Shown: positions 24,877 through 36,699 of the stretch, piece after piece
Layout of the letters: each line of letters starts with the position of its first letter
Numbering within the stretch: position 1 is the stretch's first letter
NCBI GenBank assembly: GCA_016748015.1
Contig: JAAOMT010000764.1
Span: 1 to 64,000 of the forward strand
Reading direction: 5' to 3'
Length of the DNA: 64,000 nucleotides
DNA from: Geosiphon pyriformis uo1
Taxonomy: Eukaryota > Fungi > Glomeromycota
Notes under the pieces: model-generated
Database searches by the model: none
What the model was told of the DNA's origin: nothing
What the model saw: only the letters and a program-made list of their open reading frames with translations
Made by a program: the position numbers and the translations under genes

Positions 24877-26122
24877 AGCTGCTGGAATGCGGTGAATAAT
24901 TTCCTCTTGGGATTCTTCAAAAACTAGGATTCTTGGAGAAAAACGTGTCATGAATTTTAATAAAGTGAAAGTTATAAAACTTTTATTTTCTAATTGAGTG
25001 TTTTAAGAATTAGCATTACTGATTTTTTTTTTCAAGATGCTTTTATACATGGTTTTTTTGTGAATTTCTTGAATAAACTTAAGATTCTTTGTAAGGACAT
25101 CAATAATGGGACTATTTATTCGAATCGATCTTTGAAACATAGCTTCATCAAGGTTAAGATTTTATTTTTGGTTTTAAATTTATAAAATTTATTTAATTAC
25201 TGTTTTCAATATTTAAATTAATTGTATCATGGTAATTAAAAGCTTCTATTGCGTTAGAATTTGTCCCAGAATAACACAATCCTAAATCTTTTGCTAGATA
25301 TTGAGATTTTCTTTCAAAATGTAGGGTTAGAATTTTATTCATTTTGTTTATATTTAAAGATAATAAAAATAAATTATAATAAAAATTTAAATAAGGAATA
25401 AATATTAATGTTTAGTATATATATATATATTTTGGATTAATGAAAACTTGAATATTTTTTTTTGAAAAAATTTTTCGTATTATAATTTTTTTTTAAAAAC
25501 TATGCTTATATAATGATCCAGCTTCCAATTCATTTATTTGATTTTATATTGAAACAATGCACATATTTTTTTTTTATCCTTCCTATAATTTTTTAAAGAA
25601 GACTTTATGGGAAGCTTATAAAAATGACTAAAAATGACGCTTTTCTAGATAAGAATTTATTTCAAACCTTTTCCAATACAAGATTGGTTAAATCCATTTT
25701 GTTTAAACACGATTATATTCAGTCCAAAATGTTCGCGAGAGAGTTGTGTTTTCTTTTTCTTTTTCTTTTTCTTTTTTTTTTTGAAATGAAAAAATAAGAG
25801 ACCATGGACGTAAAAATTTTTTTAAAAAAATTTCTATAATCAAAATACCTATTTCTTTTTGGTTTATATTGTTCACAGAATTAATAAATTGTGAATTTTA
25901 TCAAATTCAAATTTTTTTATCACCTAAAGAACGTAAATTTTTGTAACCTTTGAAACGGAATATTTTTAAGAATAGTCTTTCTTCTAGTTTCAAAATTCTT
26001 TTTCACGTTTAGTAAAGGTATGAATAGCAATTTATTCAGGTTTAAAGTGTTGGACTTTTGATAAGAAAATATTCATTCATCCTGAAATCAAAGGAGTAGC
26101 CAAACTAAAAAGTTTGTCGTAT

Positions 26123-26181
26123 TCATCATCATCATCATCATCATTATCATCATCATCATCATTATCATCATCATTATTATT
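26123..26181. repeat. (TCA/TTA)n microsatellite
   Basis: Read directly. Confidence 0.9.
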
Positions 26182-27049
26182 TTGTTATTGGTTCAATTCT
26201 TCCGTTACGTCTTCCAAAGTAATTATTCGAATTGGTGGTGAATAGTGATAAGTTTTTCTTATGGTCTGTATGAAGTAACGGTATCTATGACAATATCTAT
26301 GGTGATACTATAAAAAATGAGCTATATAAATCAGTGGTTAACTTTATAATGAGAAACAATTGGCATATCAAATATATATTTATTAGGTTTTTCCTCATAA
26401 TAATTGGTAGTATTAAATGTCTAGATTGTTAAAGAAGCTAACCTTTTCTCATCTATGACTTTTATATAATAATTTTTTAAAGTGTTGACTTTCTTTTGTT
26501 ATTTATTTTTTAAACGTGTAATAACGAGTTTAAATCTTAAAATTTTTTATTTGATAATTAAAAAAAAAAAAAGATCTTTGAATTACCTTATCACCTATTT
26601 TCAATAAATTAAAATAATCAATGATTGATTTGATTATTTTAAAAGGTACGTGGATTGTGTAAAATATTAAAAGATTTTTTTAAATGTCTCACGACTTTTA
26701 GATTGGAATGTAAGACGGTTTAAAAAAAAGTGTGAAATAAATTATACAGAATTTATTTTCTTTTCAAAACTTTTTCATAATGTTTAACTTACTAATTCTT
26801 TTTAAGAGCGTGGTTAAAAGTTATTGGAAGAATTGAAATCGCATGTGTATTAAAAATGGTTTTGTTTAAACATTAATTTTTTTGTGGCTTTATTTAATTA
26901 ATTTTAAATTGTAGATAAAAAAATAAATATAAAAAGAGTTATAAAATATAGCATACTAGCTGATTTTTAAAAGTTTTTAGCTATCAAATACACAATAATT
27001 CGTGAATTTACTGTAAAAACCTAACATGAATTCTCCTTTTAAAATCATT

Positions 27050-28427
27050 TTACCTTTCCAAAACAATTCGATATCTAGCCTTTCCAGAACGCATAATATC
27101 CAAAGCGTCATTGACATCCTTCATAGGAACAGTTTGTATCCAAGGTCGAACATCGTGTTTGGCGGCAAATGCAAGCATTTCCTTGACATCATGACGTGAT
27201 CCAATCAATGAAGCCTCAATAGTAATAAATCTTAAAAGATCAGTAACGCTGAGGGATAATGGACTTTCTGGGACGCCTATTAGGATCAGTTTGCCATGAT
27301 TCTTAATCAAGCTGAGGAATAATCCCCAGTCGGTATCTTGTCCAAAGGTTGTTGAAAGAATGATATCGAACGTTTCAGAGAATTTGGAGACCTGATCTTT
27401 GTCTGAAATATTTAAGTAATTGGTCGCTCCAAGTTTTATTGCATCATCTCGTTTTTTATCACTTTATGAAAGGAATGAAAATAGTGAAAGTGATTTTTAA
27501 AAAGTGAGTTACATAAATTTTTTCAATAAGATGAATTTTGAAATAGCGTACCTGTGAGAAATAGCTGTGACTTCAGAACCCATCTTGGCAGCGAATTGAA
27601 CTCCCAAATGACCTAGGCCCCCAATACCTACTATGCCAACCTTTTTCCCTGACTTAACATCATATCTTTTTAAAGGAGTATAGATTGTGACGCCGGCACA
27701 AAGTAATGGTGCAGCTTCCGCAGAATTAATTTCTTCCGGAATATGGAAGGCGAATTCAGCTTGTGTTCGAATCCTATCAGCGTAACCACCATGACTTCTA
27801 TACTGAGTCGGTTTACCATCTTGATCTTTCCATGTATCATCATAGGTAAAAACTTTCTTTGAGCATATTTGGTCAAACCGGTTTGTGCACTTTGATCAAA
27901 AAGAATCGATGAATATATGTGGAAAAAAATTCATTTAAAATATTCCAATCTTATTATAAATTTCTGTTTACCTCTTGACAGGTTTGGCATGAGCTTATTT
28001 GACATCCGACACCGGCACGATCACCAACCTTGAATTGTGTAACTTTTGAGCCTACCTTGACAATTTTACCAATAATTTCGTGTCCAACAATCACTTTTTC
28101 AAAAAATTTTGATTAGCATTTGATTGAAAAAAAACTCTCAAGATCAACAAATTAAAATTTAAAGTAATTTCAATGTTCACTTGGATAAGGAATTGGACCC
28201 CAACCACCAGTAATAGTGTGCAAATCGCTTCCTATGAAAGAAAAGGGAAAAAACTCAGTCATTGGAATATTTCGTTAGATTACCGTCTATCGAAATTACG
28301 TACCACATATACCACAGTGTGAGATCTCGACTTCAACCTCATCATCAGCTAATGGCTTGGGCGTATAAGACCAAGGGGCCAATACTGCTTCCTTATCAAA
28401 GGCAGCGTATCCGTGAAATTGTGTCAT
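27050..28427 (-). CDS. Zn-dependent, probably NADP-linked alcohol dehydrogenase (cinnamyl-ADH / yeast Adh6-7-like MDR), five exons
   Basis: HCGICGSDLH, IVGHEIIG, GDRAGVG, structural Zn site SCQTCQEC..QIC, HGGYAD, AAPLLCAGVTIYTPL, GIVGIGGLGHLGVQFA, SLIGS, GKARYRIVL. Confidence 0.93.
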
Positions 28428-28506
28428 TTTAATGAAGAGATAATTGACTTTAGAGAGTATGGGTATTAAAAGTCGTTAAAAATTATTCTCATGCCATCAA
28501 TGTCCC

Positions 28507-28514
28507 TATTTATA
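28507..28514 (-). promoter_or_regulatory. Candidate TATA box of the ADH gene
   Basis: TATAAATA about 80 bp upstream of the ATG. Confidence 0.4.
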
Positions 28515-31227
28515 ATGATTTCTCGTAGAACAGCCAGCGAGTTCGAAAGATCCAGAACTTTTGACGGTTAATAAAATTAATTCTTTGAAAGATTACCAAT
28601 CCCAGTTTAAGTTGTATATAAAAAGCAATGTTTTGAAAGTAGTTAAGGCTAAAGTTTAATTCAAACTTTCATCGTTTCGTAATCATTTTTCAAAGAAACG
28701 TGTAGTCACTTTTGACTGTGCCCACACGAGATCAACTATTGTACCTGTATTCTCGTTCATTCTTTTGATACAGTAATCAGTTTTTCCAAATTTATGAAAA
28801 TTTTGGTGATCTCTCAGCTGAGATCATATCATTAATTTGTCAGGCTGAAAAATGTTTGTGCCTAAAATCTTGTTCATTTCAGGGAACATCGATAATTGTT
28901 TTGACCTGATAACAGTTTTATTTACAATTTAAGACTCTTCATCAGAGAAAAAGTTATGAATTATTAATATTTTTCTGGAAAAGGAAAAATAAAAGTCGCG
29001 CGAGAATCCGAACGATTTCAAGCTGGTCATTAATGAAAATTTTTTACGGGTGTAAAAATTTCCATGGAAACAGAAATTTTACCGTTTATATGTATATGCA
29101 TATGCTTAATTGTTATTAAGAGACCTAATCCAAATATCCTTTTCATTTTTAATTAATTATGGAAATATGCAAATATATATTTTAAAATACAGCATCCACA
29201 ATTTTACGAACCACTCTGAGAGGATTTACCTTCATAATCACTATCCAATCTAATTTTTAAAAGAAACCAAATATTACAAGAGAGTAATAAAACCCGTTTT
29301 GGTATCTACTGAGAAAATCTTTACTGAATTTATCCTGGTCACAAAAATTATCCGTATTTATTTATAATTGCAAATTAATGATATAATTAGCTCTATTTTG
29401 AGGCAAAAAGTTAATGTCAATTTAGAGAGATATAGTTTTTGTTATCCCATTTGGATAAAAATTATGCATTAGAGCGTAGTTTTTATATGAGAGAAATTGG
29501 ACCACAATTGAAATATTTGCATTAGATTCTGAAATTTTTTGACTAAAGAACACTTCTAATCTCTATTTTTACCAAAAAAAAATATTCATAGAATAACGAT
29601 GATAAGTTTTTATAGCAAAACAAAGGAGAAAAGTTCTTGATTTGGTAAACCAGTTTACTTTCCACGAAGAGATTGATAATAGTAATATTCATAAATTTTT
29701 AGTTTTGGTAGGATCATAATTTTGCAATATAATTATATTTTAAATCTTCACTTACCCAACCAAGATTCTCAATCCTATCGTACAAAAACATTAAAATAAT
29801 ATATATTGTACCAATAAAATCCTCTTGAGACAGCCCAAATATTCCCAATAGGGTTGAAGTCTAGATTAGATGATGACCACGACAGAAGTCTTGTTTGGAG
29901 ATCATCACGCGCATTATTATCAGAGGTGAGAGACACTGTTTAGGGAGAATGGAAATGTAGCCAAATATTGAGAGCTTGTCCCGGAAAGATTATTTGCAAG
30001 AATTAAGCGACCAAGACGATGAATATACGAAATTTTGTGAATTAAGGCGACAGGAGCGAAGGGGGATACCGGTTATTTTGGCAATTTCGGGTGCATTGCA
30101 TCAAAAGTACTTAATGACCTCACATTTCGATTTTACGGGATTAGGCTGCTTAGATAGGTGAAAAAATGGGCAGGAATTAATTAAAGGTTGTGTGACATCA
30201 AGGGTAATCAAAAATAACATTTACGCGTCAGCTTTTTCTGCAAGGAGGTTGGTGATGCGAAAATTTTGGGTAATGATGTTGCCCCCATTACTTTCTGCCG
30301 GGACTGTACAAATATTACAGAAATTGAAAGCTTTAGCTAAAAATTATTTGACCTCTATTGACAATTCATCTTTGTGAAATCAAAAAGTTAAAATCAGTTT
30401 ATTTTAACGCGTATAAAAGAATATAATTTAGAAATAAAGAATCAATGACGAGTTGACGAAATTGATTATTTTTATAAACCGTTCCTCAATTAATTAAAAT
30501 CATGCGAGTTCATTCACGATCGAATACATGTACATGTACACTGTAGTATGTATGCTGTCAAAAATCCGGTATAGAAATTATCCTTGAATCTACAACGATC
30601 ATATTCATACGGAAATGGCTTCGCACCTTTTCGAAAAAGAGTATCCTGAAAATCCATCATTCCCAGACTACGACTAAATTTCTCATTTTTTCCAATTTCC
30701 TGAAAGAATGATCACCTTTTTTTTTCTTTGGATCTTGTTTGATAACCTAATTTTTTTGTAAGTTTCTTGTTTGCCACTCTGTTGATGAGGGGTAACTTTA
30801 ACATGTTTTGGATAATAATTTATTTGCCTTTTTCGAGAACAGAATACTGAAAAAAAGACTTTGCTTGAAAACGGCAGATATTTGTGAACGAATATTTAGG
30901 AAATATAAAATCTTTTAGATATTTATTTAAGGTGAAACATTTCATGAGAATCCTAATCAGAAACCATGATTCTTCAAAGATTATTATATAATCCATAGTA
31001 TTGGTTGATAATATTAATTTATTTTTCAATCTTGATGCTTTACCATGAATATTTTAAATGTTTATCATTATCATATTTCAAAATTATAAGGCACGAAGAG
31101 TGCTAATAAAGATGTCAAATTTGTTTCAATAAATTTTTCTAGCTTGTTTTCTCTAACTTTCTCGACCCAAAATGAATATTTTTAAGAATTCTACACGGTA
31201 TAAAATTTTGAGACTGAATTATAATAC

Positions 31228-31309
<82 letters not shown>
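31228..31309. repeat. (TTA)n microsatellite
   Basis: About 27 perfect units. It explains the poly-Tyr ORF. Confidence 0.95.
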
Positions 31310-32325
31310 CATGATTATTATTATTTTCGAAATAAAAAATCTCTTACATATAATAATACCTATTGGTAAAATTTTCTTATTACCAGCATCTCAAAAATTT
31401 TTTAATTCGAAAAATACATCTTGGTAACCAGAAAAAGTCTTCCCCACCACCCTCCCCCCCAATGAGTAAATCATTTAACTTTACAATCAGTGGTAATCGG
31501 ATGAATAGATATACCCCTATCTAAAATTAAGGGTCAACACTTTTTTCGTCCATATTTAGTAACATTCAAAAAAAAATTGTATTTTCTACAAAATTAAATA
31601 CCAATGAACTAATTTCATTTTAACGAATTCGAACTATGACCAGATGTATGCATCTATGTATCTATGTGTATTTGTAAATCCTTATTTATCTGGAAAATTC
31701 CAAATCGATTCTTGGATGTTGATAATTCCCTAAATGTTTCAGTCTAAACCTATCTTCTTCAACAACTTGGTAAAAACTATTGGCCAGTCACACGGGAAAA
31801 TAGTTTCAAAGTCATGATGATGCGGCAAAAACTTACTAAGAGGGTAATACGAAAATAAGGATTAACCTTTTTAAGGCGTCTCAAAATTATTACTCAAAAA
31901 ATCTATGATCTCTCTGCCTTCCTTCATCTTTTACCTGTTGTTTGCAGCTAGACTGAACTTTGCCATTTACCCTTTTGTTGAACACATATCTTAGAACCCT
32001 ATAACATAATTATTAACACTTCCTTCTCATAGAAATATATTTTACCATTTTGTTTCCCTCACTAGCCTCAATTATTTTATTCTCTTGAAAATCACTCGAA
32101 CTGGCTCAACATTCAAAAAGCGATTCACCTCGTTCATCAACTGATTCTTTGGTTTCAGATGACTTGGTTTTAAAAATCGGAAGGGACAGTGATTCATTGA
32201 TTAAGAAGGGAAGGACGAATAGTGATTATAAGAATGATATTGACGGCGTACTCGCAAACACAAATGCATCCTCCAGTAGCATAAATACTACAAATAAGGC
32301 TCGTCATCATATCCCTTCTTCACTA

Positions 32326-34390
32326 ATGAATATAGTTGGATTTGATGCATCTATTTCAATCCCCGAACGGAACCGTTCGCCAAAATCATTATCACGACGA
32401 GAATATGTAGAGCTAAAAACAAAAGAGGATGTGGAAGCTAATGATGGGGAGAAGGACGATTGGGTTTATCGAAGATCATCTTCTGATGATGATCACTCAA
32501 AAAAAAAACAATCACAGAAAGAGTTATTAATGACTCATGATATTGATGAGGACTCTGAAGATAGTGAAACAGAAAGAAGTTTGACATTAGAGGTAGCCAG
32601 AAATATGAAATATTTTGTGATTAAAATTGTTGAATTTGATGTTTTACGAGTTTCAATTTCAAGGCTATTCCTCCGCTATTAGTTGCCGTAGCATGGTCAG
32701 TATTAGCTGGATCTCTACTCGACATTGTAAAAGTAAGGAAATCTTTCTGATCGTGAGTTTTTTTTCATCAAATTACATGAGCATTGTTTTTTTATCTGTC
32801 CAATCGACATTTTTTATCCTTTTCCCCAATCTTAGGATTGGGATTCTTTTGTCCAAGTAAAAGAATTGTTTATTCTCGTCCCGGTATTATTAAATTTAAA
32901 AGGTAACCTTGAGATGAATTTGGCCTCGCGAATGTCAACTTCGGTGAGTAAAGAATTCTCCCTTGTAAAGCTTCAAATTACCAAAGTTCACCATTCGCTG
33001 ACTTTTACCATCGGATTTTCTCAAGGCAAATTTGGGTGAATTAGATAAACCATCGGTTCGAAATTCACTCGTATTTGGGAATTTGTCATTGCTTCAAGTT
33101 CAAGCTCTAATAGTGGGCGCAGTCGCTGGGATCTTCTCATTTGTGGAAGGAATAGTATTTCATCCTCATGTCAATTCATACTTTGAAAGTATGATGGTCG
33201 TCGTGGCCTCAATGCTGTGCTCAGCCATGAGTAGCATGATTATGGGAACTTTTATGTGTGGTTTAGTTATCCTGTGTAGGCGTTATCGAATAAATCCAGG
33301 TGTGGACAATCAACTAAAAAAATTTTCCTTAAATTCGCATTTTCTAATAACAATTTACAATTTTAGATAATATTGCGTGTCCCATGGCCTCATCGCTTGG
33401 TGATCTTATAACCTTGGTAATTTTATCTCTATGTGGCCAGATTCTATTGAAACTTATGCGTAAGTTTTTGTATTTTATATTTGGAGTTTTTTTTTGACAC
33501 TTCTTTCAATTCCATTCCTTGAATTTCTAGACACATTTATTAGCACAATCTTGTTTATAATTATGGCTTTATTTATACCTTATTGGGTAAGGCATGTGAG
33601 AAAAAATCCGTACGTGAGGGACTTATTACTGATTGGATGGTCACCTTTGTTCTTGGCAATGATAATTTCAAGGTATCGACAAATGTGATTTGCAATTATT
33701 CACCAAATTTCACTTGGCCTGGTATTAATCGCATTTTTATGAACCTTTCAGTATGGCGGGATTAGTTCTGGAACAGTATATAGAGAAGTACTCTGGTCTC
33801 GCGTTGCTTACTCCTGTATTGACTGCGTTGTCCGGTAATTTGGGTTCTATATATGCGTCACGAATATCCACTCGATTACATAGCAATGGCTTGGAAGAGA
33901 ATTATCGAAAGTCAGAGATCACCCTATTTCTAATCCACTTGCCAATCGAAATTCTGTTCTTACTATTGGTTTGGTGGTTTGATATGGGCCATGTTCATTT
34001 GACTTGGAGTTTTTGTATCTTATATTTATTTGTCTCGGTTATCTGCGTGAGTAGCAATCTTTATGATTCTTAAAAAACTATTTGCTTTAAGCTTAACGTT
34101 TTCATGATTTATTCTTTGATTAGGTTGGTTGTTCGCTAGTATTGGCCAAAAAGTTAACACTTTGGTTATGGCAACATGGTTATGATCCTGATAATTATTG
34201 CTTGCCATACTTGTGAGTGTACTACATGGGTGATTTTGTAATTCCCATCAAATTATTTTTTAACTTACTTTTCCAAATCAATAGAACGGCAATTTTAGAT
34301 GTCATAGGAACTGCCTTATTAGTTTTGTCTTATGTCGCATTAACAAACGTAGGCCTTGCAACTCCAGAACAAATGGACAAGGAAAACTAA
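32326..34390 (+). CDS. SLC41/MgtE-family divalent cation (Mg2+) transporter, multi-exon; the true start may lie upstream
   Basis: [123 protein letters not shown]. These form two MgtE domains. Confidence 0.92.
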
Positions 34391-36699
34391 GGGTAAAAGG
34401 TAAAGAATGATTATCAATTTCAAATAAGTTGCATTTGATAGAATTGTTTTAATATTCAGTTTCGCCATCCTTACTCATTTCTCAATTTTCCCACCAGCTG
34501 AACGTCATAGGAACTTCGATCTGGCTTGTGAAAGAAAAACAAAGACTTTAACTTTCATGTAATTTACGAATCCCTGTCTTAATTTGATATATGATCAATT
34601 TTGTAGATATCACCGAAAAGTAACAAAACGTAGAAACGATTTATTTAATTTTTGATTTGAGATTTTGTAACCCTATTATAGAATTTAATTTTTATTCGCG
34701 TACCGATTCACGAATGGAATGAAAAAATACGATTGCTACTCGATTTTTCAGAGAAGTCGAAAGAAAGCAACCAACTACGTTTACGAAACCTTTTCCAGAT
34801 GCAGCTTATGAAAGAGTGTTTGGAAAAATGGTTTGTTGGATTTTTTGAATTCATTTTAGAGTGAAATAATTTTATTTTTGAGGGGTTTGGGTCTTTTACC
34901 ACTTCGGTTTCTAAATAAGTTCTAGGATAACTTCTTTAATAACCTCCAATTACAATCACCGAATTTGGCTCCCAATCTATAGCCTGTTTGGTACGCAAAC
35001 GGAGAATATTAATCATATTCACAAAGATCCACTAATTATGTCGCATTCGTATTGCGCACGAATATGTGGATCTTTGGGTACATCCATCCTGCTTTAGCTT
35101 CTTTTTGTTTAAAAACAATATTTCTGGAAGAGTCAAAGTTGGGGGATTTTCAATTAATAAATAGAGCTAGGTTAGGATGTAATAATTTTAATTTTATTTA
35201 TACCAGCCATGCCTTTTTATAGTCATTTATCGAATGTGAAGAGTCTAGATAAATTTCAGAAACTCATGATACCTAATAGAAGATGCTGCCGCATGATCCT
35301 TAGCCACCTCTACACAGGGTGATCATGTTTTGAGGCTCCGCGACTTGAGTTTAATTTTACTGCTTCCTTGCCCCATCACACAGCCTTCATAATACTAGAG
35401 TCGACTTTACAAAAGATTACCCGATTTTGGACGTTCATCATTTGCCTCACACATATTGAAAGATATTGCGAATATTGCAAGATATATTAGCATCGCAATT
35501 CCACAATGTAAGATACACTGCAATTATTAGAGCGTAATAATAGGTGAGAGATTTATCAACCCAAAACTACTCGAGAACGCGGTTCAAGCTCATCAAGTAA
35601 AGCACACCACATGACCACGAGATCGTGGACATTAAAATAAAACCTGCCAATAGCTATTTTGGAAAAACAATTGGCGGTATTTAGGCCTTTGCATGTCATG
35701 CAATGGTAACAATTTTGTTCGAGATTATATTTGCTAGTTGGCAACAGTATTGAGAGAAATAGAAAATTGAATACATGAAATCTTTTCTTTGCAAGAACTA
35801 ATTTAAAGAAATTTTATATTAAAAAGACTTTCCCCCTAAATCAACGGATAAAAACCGCAATGAATATTGTAAGATATCAGCCATTGACCACCAAAATTAT
35901 TTAGCAATTGGCTGAAGTTTTAACGCGGTTTAACTATTTTATTTTAATTTCTCAAAAAGAGCTAATAAAGATGTGAATAAGTATTGAAAATTGAGTGGTG
36001 GTTTCTCGTAAGAAACCTTATTCCTGAAGAAGATTGAATTTTATTTGATTTTGATAATTATCCTTCTTAAATGTCTATCCTAATATTATATTTGCAGGAA
36101 ATGTTTTAGAAAATGACTTTAATCGTTTAAATAACGACCAAAACAAGTTGAATATATCAGGATGAGGAAATTTAGTGGTGTATAAAAGAGCAATCATTGA
36201 ACTTTTGGAAAAAGCACTTGCTTTCATACATGAGGTCTATGATGGTAGACAGCAGCAATTTGTTGGAGGAACCAAGAAATTTGAACAGATTGGCCAGACT
36301 ATAATTGATTTCGGGAAAAGATTTCACGATTTTTGTGGGTTTTTTTTAGTTCTTGAATTTGAATTTTCTGTCAGCAGAAAGTTTATTTTCTTGTTACAAG
36401 CATTGATAAACCAAAGAGACATCGATGTTTCAAAACTTAAATTAATTTTACATGATTATTTTCTATGAAAAGCTTCAGGGCGACTATCAATCAAGATGGT
36501 AGAGACATTCCCCAGCGATAGTATTTCTTAATTTTCCCGATTGGAATATTTGTATGCTATACCAAATTGGTCATAATTAAAATAGCTGATCTTTAGAATA
36601 ATTGTCACTGTTATTGTCATTGTAGCTTTTACATGTTTATTGTTTTATATAAGTAAGAGACTATCACTTTAACTTTTTTTTTACACTTTTACAAAGTGT

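Noticed and set aside
23405-28427. Horizontal transfer of the asparaginase or ADH from bacteria
   Set aside because: Both have multiple spliceosomal introns and belong to families common in fungi. Nothing in the sequence indicates transfer.
29870-30420. GC-richer intergenic patch with two 61-aa ORFs
   Set aside because: Non-ATG starts, no motifs, and no RNA gene signature recognised.
31172-31369. Poly-Tyr ORF (also poly-Leu/Asn ORFs at 41137-41459 and poly-Ile at 58414-58746)
   Set aside because: These are translations of microsatellites. Only the first part of 41137-41391 is real, as the Tc1 transposase C-terminus.
1-34390. Functional gene cluster (sterol reductase, amylase, asparaginase, ADH, transporter)
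   Set aside because: No shared pathway or backbone enzyme, and the genes are separated by large TE blocks. This looks like ordinary neighbourhood.
36097-36660. Possible gene fragment around ORF 36175-36468
   Set aside because: No recognisable domain and no consistent exon chain. It could be a pseudogene but cannot be supported.
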